From Clostridia bacterium (GTDB lineage Bacteria; Bacillota; Clostridia; Christensenellales; QALW01): 64,000 nucleotides of DNA. This document shows, piece by piece, positions 56,044 to 64,000 of the stretch. Within the stretch, counting starts at the first letter, position 1. The number at the start of each line of letters is the position of its first letter. The DNA is taken from assembly GCA_045601365.1 (NCBI GenBank), contig JAZRZN010000103.1, forward strand, positions 4,435 to 68,434, read 5' to 3'. The position numbers were made by a program, and so were the translations under genes. The notes under the pieces were generated by a model. That model had not been told where the DNA came from. It saw only the letters and a program-made list of their open reading frames with translations, and did no database searches.

Positions 56044-57570
56044 TTACATTTGCTTTGAAAGCTTGGTAAGAAGTACTTTCCGAGCTTCGTCGGGAAGAGA
56101 AGGATCGGTTGAAAAATGTGAGAAATCTTTTGCAATGCTTTCGGAAAGCTCACGCACTGTTGTGATCCCTTTTGCTTCTGCAAGCTTCAGAAGTTCCCAA
56201 TCCTCAAAGCCCTCAAGTGTGGCAAGATATCGCGCTGACGGATATACGGGCGTTTCTGTGTCACCGGGGTAAATGATATATCCGTCACCTTTGAAGCGGG
56301 CGAGAGGCGAAAGTCCGTACATGTCGGTTCCCCAAAAATTGAAGCCCCAATGCAGAAAACCGTCCATGCGCTGTGAAAAACATGCCCACTCTATAAGGCG
56401 CGGATAGATGAGCGGACGGTCAACGAAATGATTGAGCCACCAATATTCCTCGGGATAGCAACAGCAGTAACACCACAGCTCAGCACCGTTTTGTTTAAGA
56501 CGATGATAAAAATCGGGATCGGTCGCGTAGACTTCGAAGCGGGGAATATAGAAGTCACATTCGCCGTCAAGTCCGACGGACACCGAATGAGTGTCGAGCG
56601 GATCGCCGCACGGAACGCCCGGCATGCATTTTTTGCATTTTTCGTGCGCCCAACGCCACGTTTCGCAGGAATGCGGTTCATCCTGAAGATGCATGCGAAG
56701 CATCGACAGCCATCCCTTTTCCTTGAAATGCTCATAGACAGAGGTAAGGAAAACCTCAGCCCATTCATCGGCTTCTTTTGTTCCGATATCGAGCGGGCGC
56801 TTGCCGCCTGTGCCGTCGGGGGCAAATATTTTGCCGCCTGTGACCGCGTTGCAGAAGTGCGAAACGGTTATATATCTGAATGAACCGTTTTTAAGAAATA
56901 ATTCCGTTACGCGGTCGGCAAGCGAAAAATCGAATTTGCCGTCGGTGAAAGAATCAAAGAATATTTCAAAAGGCAGACGCAGACTGTTTATGCGCAGTGC
57001 TTTCATGCTTTGCGCAAATGCGATAAGCGTATTTTCCCATTGCTTTGAGCCGACGGGATATGCGTACTGCTTGCCTTCGCCGAAGCATGAAAAAATGTCG
57101 AAGAAGTATTCGTGTAATATTGATGAGTTATCGGGTTCGGGCAATGTTACGGGAAAAACATTCAGTGTCCATTCGATGTCTGCATTTTTCTCCGAGGTTT
57201 CGATATGGAGCGTTATACCGTTTTTGCCGATCGGTGCTGTACTGCTGACATCAAATACGAAAAACACCGCTTGTGTGCAATGCGCGGGAACGCTCAGCTC
57301 TTTTAATGCTTCGACCGGGACAAGTCTGTCAGGATACGGAACTTTGTCGGAAAAAATCTCATCACAGGCAAAATATGCTTTGTATGTTACGCCGTCGGGA
57401 ACATCTGCGGCGATGCGGTTTACGGTGAAAGCTTCCCATGAACGAAGCAGAACGCGTCCCGTTACAGTCATGTCAAGCCCGCTGTAAAGCTCAAGAAATT
57501 CTCTTGATGCTTCTTTCGGACGCTCGTTTCTTAAAATGTTTTCACAGCCATTCGCGCTCCAGATAAACAT
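56044..57570 (-). CDS. DUF4091-domain protein (putative glycoside hydrolase), cytoplasmic
   Basis: 508 aa with RBS aaggag. WCYCCCYPEEYWWLNHFVDRPLIYPRLIEWACF...FLHWGFNFW resembles the DUF4091 core. Confidence 0.55.
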   Translation of the reverse strand: MFIWSANGCENILRNERPKEASREFLELYSGLDMTVTGRVLLRSWEAFTVNRIAADVPDGVTYKAYFACDEIFSDKVPYPDRLVPVEALKELSVPAHCTQAVFFVFDVSSTAPIGKNGITLHIETSEKNADIEWTLNVFPVTLPEPDNSSILHEYFFDIFSCFGEGKQYAYPVGSKQWENTLIAFAQSMKALRINSLRLPFEIFFDSFTDGKFDFSLADRVTELFLKNGSFRYITVSHFCNAVTGGKIFAPDGTGGKRPLDIGTKEADEWAEVFLTSVYEHFKEKGWLSMLRMHLQDEPHSCETWRWAHEKCKKCMPGVPCGDPLDTHSVSVGLDGECDFYIPRFEVYATDPDFYHRLKQNGAELWCYCCCYPEEYWWLNHFVDRPLIYPRLIEWACFSQRMDGFLHWGFNFWGTDMYGLSPLARFKGDGYIIYPGDTETPVYPSARYLATLEGFEDWELLKLAEAKGITTVRELSESIAKDFSHFSTDPSLPDEARKVLLTKLSKQM

Positions 57571-57652
57571 AATACTTCTCCTTATGATATGCGGTGATAT
57601 ATGATGTCATTACCTATGTTGTTATTCGCAGTCTTTTTTTATGCAACCGATC

Positions 57653-59017
57653 TCAAGGCTTCATGCTTTTACGGCAAAGCACTTTTACGCAGATCAGCTC
57701 TGCGGTTGCCGTCAAAAACCATGTTATCGGGTAAATTATGAACAGTGACCGCACATCCGAAGAATGTGCGCAAACGGTAAATATCCAAATCAAACGCAGT
57801 ACGCATGCACCTGCAACGGTCATGAGCAAAGCGAGCTTCGGCTTGCCGAGCCCGCAGAGTGAACCGCTTCCTACGTCCATACAGGCGTTGAGAAATTTTC
57901 CCGACAGGAAGAACGTCAACTGCAAAAATGCCGCCGACTTTATGCTTTCACCTATGGCATCGTTTGTGACATAAAGCGAAAGCAGAGGCTTGTTGAAAAG
58001 CATCACGAGCGCAGATAATACGACCGATGTGACAGTGGCGCAAATAAGTGTGATGCGCACGGTATACGGTATGCGTGAATGCCTGTTTGCGCCGATGTTC
58101 TGTCCGATCACGGTTATTGATGTATAGTAGAACGAGGACTGAACAGAGCCGACTATGTTTTCGATATTGGATGCCGCCGATGCGCCTGCAACTATTATCC
58201 CCGCGCCGCCGTCAAAACGGTTCACGGTGGCCTGTATCAGTGTGTTGGAAAATGAGAATACGAGATTTTGCAGACCCGAAGGGATGCCTAACCGCAGAAT
58301 GTCGGACAGCTTGTCTTTTTCAATAAACGGATGTATGAGTGTGAATTTACACGATATGTCCGCACGGTGCATATAGATGCAGATAAGTATCGCCGATATA
58401 ATTTGCGAAAGCGTCGTTGCGATGCCGACGCCGACCGCACCGGTATGAAAAAAGACGACAGCTATTATATTGAATGCTACATTCACTAAACCGGCTACGG
58501 TAAGAAATAACAGGGGATGGCGCGAATCACCCTCCGAACGCAGTGATGCCGCCATTGAATTGTAGATGAGCATTGCGGGCACACCGATGAAATAAGCCTT
58601 CATATACGGGATGGCTTCATCAAGCACTGCCGGAGGTGTATTCATCAGCTCAAGCAGATATCCAGATGCAAAAAAGCCGAACAGACACAGCGCAATGCCG
58701 CATAATAGCGAAATGAAAAACGCCGTGCGTACATACGAAGCCGTATCCTGCCGCCTGTTTGCACCGATGCTCTGCGCTACACATATGCTTACGCCGGTAG
58801 AAAGACCGACAAATGTATTCACTATAAGGTTTATCAGTGCGCCGCATGCGCCTACAGCACCCATTGCAAAGCTTCCGTTTTCAGAGAAGCTTCCGACTAT
58901 TACCATGTCGGCAACATTGTATAGTGTTTGCAACAGCATCGTTGCCATAAGCGGCAGGGCAAAGCGGATCAGGTTTTTGAGTATCGGTCCGTCAGTAAAA
59001 TCAACATCCTTAGCCAT
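57653..59017 (-). CDS. MATE-family efflux transporter
   Basis: 454 aa from ATG 59017. GPILKNLIRFALPLMATMLLQTLYNVADMVIVG is the typical N-terminus. 12 TM spans. Confidence 0.85.
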   Translation of the reverse strand: MAKDVDFTDGPILKNLIRFALPLMATMLLQTLYNVADMVIVGSFSENGSFAMGAVGACGALINLIVNTFVGLSTGVSICVAQSIGANRRQDTASYVRTAFFISLLCGIALCLFGFFASGYLLELMNTPPAVLDEAIPYMKAYFIGVPAMLIYNSMAASLRSEGDSRHPLLFLTVAGLVNVAFNIIAVVFFHTGAVGVGIATTLSQIISAILICIYMHRADISCKFTLIHPFIEKDKLSDILRLGIPSGLQNLVFSFSNTLIQATVNRFDGGAGIIVAGASAASNIENIVGSVQSSFYYTSITVIGQNIGANRHSRIPYTVRITLICATVTSVVLSALVMLFNKPLLSLYVTNDAIGESIKSAAFLQLTFFLSGKFLNACMDVGSGSLCGLGKPKLALLMTVAGACVLRLIWIFTVCAHSSDVRSLFIIYPITWFLTATAELICVKVLCRKSMKP

Positions 59018-59189
59018 TTGCTTTTCCTCACGATAAGAGCAGAACGTATACGCCGAACGGTGCAGCAACAGCTACCGTTTGACGGTGTACATTAAAAAAT
59101 GTGTTTTTTCTGTCAAAAACACTGTACAAATTACAAAATAATAAGTACAATGTACAATAACGGTCAGTTTGAAAGCACAGAATGAGAAA

Positions 59190-60623
59190 TCATTCGACAG
59201 CTATATTTTCACAAAATTCATTCTGCGTTATTTCAAGCGATGCTTTTCTGCCGTTTCGGATAATGTTCCTGAATGTTATTTCCGAGCTTTTATGTTCGTT
59301 GTCGAAGCCGACAATGGACACCTTGAGCGGAAAATTTCCGTATACATTTATGTTCTCGACGGTTATCCCGTGATTCTTGCCGCGGCGAAGTCCCGATGAC
59401 GAGTATTCGGGATGATAGTATACGACTGATTCGAAAAACACGGGGTAATAGCTTCCGTCATCAGTTTCCGGGAATTTGTGTGTATCGGTTTTTTGTAAAA
59501 GCGGAGTGCGGTATTTTTCGTCATATTCTATATTTATATTTCGGAATGTCACGTCGTGGATGTCGGCACAGTCAACATTCTGGCAGTCAAGTATGTTGTG
59601 TGTGGCGTGTATCACATCGCAGTTTTCAAATGTGACGTTGCATATTTCATCGGCGTATGTTTCCGCGCCTATCTCAAGTGATCTGCCCCAATCGTTCCAC
59701 AGTACACAGTCCGAAACGCGAATGTTGTCGAATTTACCGAAATAATCGCCGTTGTGGTGCATGTCGTTTACATCCATCAGGAAATCCCAGCCCTTGACAC
59801 AAATGCAGTCGTCGTACGTGCGGATGAAGCAGTGCGATATCTCAACGTTTTCGCAGTTGTGCATGTCTATGCCGTCGGAATTGTAACGCCAATTTCCCAA
59901 AAGCTTGACGTTGCGGATGCTTACGTTGCGGCATGCGATAGGACGTATATTATATAATAATGAATCGCGGATCATTATTCCGTCGATCTCGATATTGTTG
60001 CAAAATTCAAATACCATTGCATTGGTGCGCGTGGCGTTGAGTATCGCCTTTGCGTTTTCACTGTCCTCAACAGGATAGAGGATATGCTCTTTTGTGTGAC
60101 TGTTGTCAAGTATGCCGTGACCGAGTATGCGGATGTTTTCGGCATCACGGGCAATTACCGAGCCGTAAACGACAGCACCTTCTTCAAGGTAGAGCGTTGT
60201 GTTGCTTTTCAGCTCTATCACTCCGGCTTCGTGAACGCCTTTTTCAAAGCGGATCACATTGCCGGTCAAAGAGTATTCTTCAGCTTCGTCGGCAAAAACA
60301 TGAAGTGCATGATTCCTGCCGTAAGCTTCGACCGTGAAGTATGCGGGCTTATCGAGCGAAAAGTATATTTTTCCGTCTCTTATTTCGGGAATTACGCCCA
60401 GTGATCCCGGACGGATATCGACGTGCGAAAAAGGCTTCTGCGGCGTTATTTCGAAATCAAGCTTTTCGGTATATGTGAACGAAATAAAATCGACAAGCTC
60501 CGTTTGGTCAAGCGGACGCTGATGACCCGGCCAGCGGCGGTTGAACGGCATCGCCGATACTCTTGCGGTGTCGATTTTGACGGGTATGCCGTTGATTTTT
60601 ACGGTATAGTCTGATATATGCAT
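59190..60623 (-). CDS. Glycoside hydrolase family 28-like right-handed beta-helix protein (polygalacturonase/rhamnogalacturonase-like), no signal peptide
   Basis: NSDGIDMHNCENVEISHCFIRTYDDCICVKG contains the GH28-type NxDG and DDC motifs. ATG 60623 lies 10 nt after ggag. Confidence 0.7.
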   Translation of the reverse strand: MHISDYTVKINGIPVKIDTARVSAMPFNRRWPGHQRPLDQTELVDFISFTYTEKLDFEITPQKPFSHVDIRPGSLGVIPEIRDGKIYFSLDKPAYFTVEAYGRNHALHVFADEAEEYSLTGNVIRFEKGVHEAGVIELKSNTTLYLEEGAVVYGSVIARDAENIRILGHGILDNSHTKEHILYPVEDSENAKAILNATRTNAMVFEFCNNIEIDGIMIRDSLLYNIRPIACRNVSIRNVKLLGNWRYNSDGIDMHNCENVEISHCFIRTYDDCICVKGWDFLMDVNDMHHNGDYFGKFDNIRVSDCVLWNDWGRSLEIGAETYADEICNVTFENCDVIHATHNILDCQNVDCADIHDVTFRNINIEYDEKYRTPLLQKTDTHKFPETDDGSYYPVFFESVVYYHPEYSSSGLRRGKNHGITVENINVYGNFPLKVSIVGFDNEHKSSEITFRNIIRNGRKASLEITQNEFCENIAVE

Positions 60624-60685
60624 AATAAACACACTCCTTTTTCTTTATTTTATCGTAATACCGTCAAAAAGTAAAGTGATTTGTA

Positions 60686-60694
60686 TGTTATAAT
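60686..60694 (+). promoter_or_regulatory. Extended -10 element TGtTATAAT upstream of the VTC operon
   Basis: tgttataat at 60686-60694. The -35 region is poor (aaaaag). Confidence 0.4.
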
Positions 60695-60731
60695 CAAAAG
60701 TGTTGAAGAAATCAAAATGCGGGGTGAATAA

Positions 60732-61439
60732 ATGGATAATATCTTTGAAAGAGTCGAAAAAAAGTATATGATGTCGGCTTTACAGTATGAAAAGCTGATG
60801 GAAAAGATAAGTATCCATCTCGTTCCTGCCGAATACGGTAAAAGCACTGTTTGCAGTTTGTATCTTGATACCCCTGACGATTTGCTTATAAGAAATTCCA
60901 TAGACGCAAAGGTTTATAAGGAAAAACTGCGGATACGTTCTTACAGTGAGGCAGGAGAAAACGACGAGGTGTTTTTTGAAATCAAGAAAAAGTACAAAGG
61001 CATCGTGTACAAGCGACGGGAGCAGATGAAGCTGAACGAAATATACCGTTACATAAGTACAGGCAGATTTGAAAAAAACACGCAGATAACGCGCGAGCTT
61101 GATTATGCCATGAAATTCTACGGCATGCCGGTACCGAAAATGTTCATAGCTTATGAACGTCTTGCTTTCAACGTTAAAAATATGCCGGAGCTTCGTATCA
61201 CATTTGATTATGACATCAGATATCGGGATACATTGCTTGAATTCAAAAATACAGGATCGGGTAAAAGGTTACTTGAACCCGGCACGGTGCTTATGGAATT
61301 CAAAACCGAGCGCACAATGCCGCTTTGGCTGTCACACACGCTTGACGAGCTGAAAATATATCATACATCATTTTCGAAATACGCTGCGGCTTACCGCGAT
61401 AAGACCGCAAACGCAGAGGGGGAATATATCTATGCCTGA
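60732..61439 (+). CDS. VTC-domain / triphosphate-tunnel (CYTH-like) protein ('polyphosphate polymerase domain' protein)
   Basis: 235 aa, cytosolic. ERVEKKY, KLRIRSY, FFEIKKKYKGIVYKRRE, LRITFDYDIRYR, VLMEFKTE show alternating charged beta-strands. Confidence 0.75.
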   Translation: MDNIFERVEKKYMMSALQYEKLMEKISIHLVPAEYGKSTVCSLYLDTPDDLLIRNSIDAKVYKEKLRIRSYSEAGENDEVFFEIKKKYKGIVYKRREQMKLNEIYRYISTGRFEKNTQITRELDYAMKFYGMPVPKMFIAYERLAFNVKNMPELRITFDYDIRYRDTLLEFKNTGSGKRLLEPGTVLMEFKTERTMPLWLSHTLDELKIYHTSFSKYAAAYRDKTANAEGEYIYA

Positions 61440-62103
61440 GCTTTTTACTTCAATAACACAAAACGGATTCACACTCGGGAATTACATTATCTGTACAGCC
61501 ATTGCACTTGCATGCGGCATTATAGCGGCTGTAGCGGCAAGCTATAAAAATAATGTTACCAAAAGCTTTACGGTGTCGCTTGTCTTGCTTCCGGCTATAG
61601 TTGAAACGGTAATAATAATGGTAAACGGCAATATCGGCACAGGCGTGGCAGTGATGGGTGCGTTTTCGCTTATCCGTTTTCGCTCGGCGGCAGGTAGGGC
61701 GAAAGACATAGTATCCATTTTCCTTGTGATGACCGCAGGTCTTTCGTGCGCAGGCGGATATGTGGCTATAGCTTTGCTGCTTACGGTTATCGTGTCGGTG
61801 CTTATGATCGTTATCGGCGCGATCCCGCTTAAAGAAGACAGAACGGTGGAAATACATATAACCGTTCCCGAATCGCTCAATTTTAACGGCGTATTTGATG
61901 ATATTTTCAAAAAGTATACCGTTTCAAACGATCTTGTGTCGGTCAAAACCACAAATATGGGCAGTTTGTTCAAATTGAGCTACAGAGCCGAAATGAAGAA
62001 CAAAACAGACATCAAGAGCTTTATTGATGAATTGCGCATGCGCAACGGTAACCTTGAGATATCCGTAATGGAAGCGTCGCGTGGGGGACATGAAGAGCTG
62101 TGA
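61432..62103 (+). CDS. DUF4956-like membrane protein
   Basis: 223 aa with ~4 TM spans, FSLIRFRSAAGRAKDIVSIFLVMTAGL, and a C-terminal ~90-aa soluble domain. 8-nt overlap with the upstream gene. Confidence 0.7.
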   Translation: MPELFTSITQNGFTLGNYIICTAIALACGIIAAVAASYKNNVTKSFTVSLVLLPAIVETVIIMVNGNIGTGVAVMGAFSLIRFRSAAGRAKDIVSIFLVMTAGLSCAGGYVAIALLLTVIVSVLMIVIGAIPLKEDRTVEIHITVPESLNFNGVFDDIFKKYTVSNDLVSVKTTNMGSLFKLSYRAEMKNKTDIKSFIDELRMRNGNLEISVMEASRGGHEEL

Positions 62104-63845
62104 AAAAGATCGTCATACTTACCGTTTGCACCGTGTTCTGTGCGGGGGTGTTTGCATCCTGCGGGACTGCCACGGGCATTGACGGAACAAATACCGAAAG
62201 CACGGCAAATACGTCGGTTTCTGCAAACTATGACTTTACGGAACGGGAGCTTTCCGATAAATATTCCACCGCCGATGCTTCGTATATAGACCTTTCATCA
62301 CTTGAGGTTGCGGGCAAAAATGTATCGGTGAGCGAAAAAAAGATAAGGATAACGGGAGAAGGAACGTTTATAGTTTCCGGCAATAACGGCGACGCAATGA
62401 TATCGGTTGAGGCGAATAAAACCGATAAATTGCAGATAGTGCTTCAAAACGTATCGCTTACAAATAAAAACGGTCCTGCACTGTATGTCAAAAGCGCGGA
62501 TAAAGTTTTCGTAACACTCGACAGCTCAACGGTAAATACGCTTTCCGACGGAGAAAACTACAGCTTTTCCGATGCACAAGGCTCGGCAGACGGTACAGTA
62601 TTCAGCCGTGCAGATATCGCCTTCAACGGTAGCGGAACGCTTAATGTGAACGGCAATTATAAGCACGGCATCGTTTCAAAGGATGAACTTTCACTCGCGC
62701 AGGGAACGTTCAATATAAAGTCGGTAAAGGTCGGAATAAACGGCAAAGACTGTGTTCGCATCGCGGACGGCAGTTTCAATATAGAATCAGGCAGTGACGG
62801 CATGCGCTCGGATAACACGGACGATGCGTTGCGCGGATTCATTTATATCAAAGGCGGAAATCTTGATATCAAAGCCGCAAAGGACGGCATTCAGGCGGAA
62901 AGTGCGATACGCTTCGACGGCGGAACGCTTGCAGCCGATGCTTCGGACGATGCGGTAAAAGCAAGCGGCGATATAAGCATCAACGGAGGGAAAATCTGTA
63001 TTTCCGCGGCAAACGGCGGAATAACCGCAGGCGGAAAGGTCGATTTTGCGGACGGAGATATGAGTATTCTTGAAAGCCGTGAAGGGATCGAGGGTGCATG
63101 CGTCAGCATTTCGGGCGGGCGGATAAGCGTGAATGCATCCGATGACGGCATCAATGCAACGGGTGAAGCCGGCTCACAATCATTCGGCAGAACGCGGAAC
63201 GGTTTTGCCGCAAGCGGTGCCGATGTTACGGTTTCCGGCGGATATCTCTTTATAAATGCGAACGGCGATGGCATTGATTCAAACGGCACATTGAATTTTA
63301 CGGGCGGAATCACGCTGATAAGCGGACCTACCGACAGCGACGACGGTGCGCTTGATTATGAAACCGAATGCAATGTTGACGGCGGTACTGTAGTGGCGCT
63401 CGGTGCATCCGGCATGGCAGAGGGATTCACAAGTGTTGAAAATCAGGGCGGGATATTCACCGATATACCTTCGCAGAAAGGCGGCACTTCGTTCGCGCTG
63501 TGCGATAAAGAGGGAAATGTCATAGTTTCGTTCACACCGCCAAAGGCATATCAGTCAGTGGCGGTAACGGCTCCGGGCATCGTCAGCGGCAAAAGCTATA
63601 CCGTAGTGTGCGGCGGAACGGTCACGGACACAGATGAAAACGGATATACCGAAAATTCATCGGTCAGCGGAGGAGAAAATATTGCCGAAATAGAAATGGT
63701 ATCGAATAATTGTTCTTCCGGAAGACACGGCTTCGGCGGTGACAAAAGAGACGGCATGCCGGAATACGGTATGCCGCAGGCGGATGATAAAATGCCGCCG
63801 GATGATAAAATGCTGCGGAAGCCGGGCGGCACGCAACCTGCATGA
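62100..63845 (+). CDS. Lipoprotein with Cthe_2159-type beta-helix 'carbohydrate-binding' repeats
   Basis: GTG start in a GTGA overlap. Lipobox VFASC. Repeated DG(I/M).S....G.(L/I).(I/F).GG turns, e.g. NGDGIDSNGTLNFTGGITLISGP. Gly/Asp/Pro/Met-rich tail. Confidence 0.6.
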   Translation: MKKIVILTVCTVFCAGVFASCGTATGIDGTNTESTANTSVSANYDFTERELSDKYSTADASYIDLSSLEVAGKNVSVSEKKIRITGEGTFIVSGNNGDAMISVEANKTDKLQIVLQNVSLTNKNGPALYVKSADKVFVTLDSSTVNTLSDGENYSFSDAQGSADGTVFSRADIAFNGSGTLNVNGNYKHGIVSKDELSLAQGTFNIKSVKVGINGKDCVRIADGSFNIESGSDGMRSDNTDDALRGFIYIKGGNLDIKAAKDGIQAESAIRFDGGTLAADASDDAVKASGDISINGGKICISAANGGITAGGKVDFADGDMSILESREGIEGACVSISGGRISVNASDDGINATGEAGSQSFGRTRNGFAASGADVTVSGGYLFINANGDGIDSNGTLNFTGGITLISGPTDSDDGALDYETECNVDGGTVVALGASGMAEGFTSVENQGGIFTDIPSQKGGTSFALCDKEGNVIVSFTPPKAYQSVAVTAPGIVSGKSYTVVCGGTVTDTDENGYTENSSVSGGENIAEIEMVSNNCSSGRHGFGGDKRDGMPEYGMPQADDKMPPDDKMLRKPGGTQPA

Positions 63846-64000
63846 ACAACCGGCGACGGAAAAACGGTGCATTTTGACAAAAAAAGCTGTGTTAAAACAA
63901 AATTCATAAATTATTCTTCAAAAACCGCTTGTCAAAAAGTAAAAAAGGTAATATAATTGCAAAGCACTCTTGAGGGGAGGGGAAGCGAAAGCGGAACCGA

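Noticed and set aside
1-64000. Mobile elements, prophage, integrases, toxin-antitoxin pairs or recognised defence systems.
   Set aside because: I recognised no transposase, recombinase, phage structural, restriction-modification, Cas, or reverse-transcriptase-like translations in any frame of the ORF track. The lone XRE and AbrB genes have no small toxin-like partner.

Overview
This is an origin-proximal chromosomal segment from a spore-forming, mid-GC Clostridia genome. Gene content looks Oscillospiraceae/Ruminococcaceae-like; I cannot name the species. All product calls come from reading the supplied translations and the DNA by eye. No searches were run, so family names are motif-based recognitions.

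Layout:
- 0-4.8 kb: an EAL-domain fragment, then the classic jag-yidC-yidD-rnpA-rpmH (minus strand) / dnaA (plus strand) origin block. It carries four perfect co-oriented DnaA boxes, two of them inside yidC. dnaN/recF/gyrB do not follow dnaA.
- 4.8-11.8 kb: a large GT-C-like membrane protein, then an 'orphan' capsule-regulatory module (Wzz/CpsC-like modulator, BY-kinase, LCP, CpsB phosphatase) with no glycosyltransferase genes. The modulator has an unusual Tyr/Arg/Gly tail.
- 11.9-15.8 kb: an AT-richer locus. An XRE regulator is divergent from two secreted cohesin+dockerin proteins, one of which has a papain/C39-like peptidase domain and Cys3-His repeats.
- 15.9-19.7 kb: minD-minE-rodA-spoIVFA-like-spoIVFB, without minC.
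- 19.8-36 kb: housekeeping and sporulation genes (rpiB, abrB, rpsT, gpr, spoIIP, fhs, degV, rplM-rpsI), an MBOAT/SGNH pair, and two paralogous DUF4038/GH140-like glycosidases, one cytoplasmic and one a lipoprotein.
- 36-40.8 kb: an EEP nuclease/phosphatase behind a strong promoter with a ~200-nt structured leader, then three envelope proteins including CvpA.
- 40.8-41.3 kb: a hairpin-dense 590-bp gap containing a GC-rich palindrome family.
- 41.3-49.5 kb: a tight seven-gene minus-strand operon (2 TIM-barrel 'sugar phosphate isomerase' genes + 2 Gfo/Idh/MocA genes + uxaC-uxuA-SDR uxuB-like) with a divergent AraC regulator.
- 49.6-56 kb: dprA-topA-trmFO-hslVU.
- 56-64 kb: a DUF4091 protein, a MATE transporter, GH28, and a translationally coupled VTC(TTM)-DUF4956-beta-helix lipoprotein triad.

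I saw no rRNA, tRNA, CRISPR array, transposase, integrase or phage genes.

The best candidates for something undescribed are:
1. The VTC/DUF4956/beta-helix triad.
2. The oxidoreductase/TIM-barrel cassette fused to the hexuronate genes.
3. The protease-bearing cohesin/dockerin locus.
4. The Tyr-rich tail on the kinase modulator.
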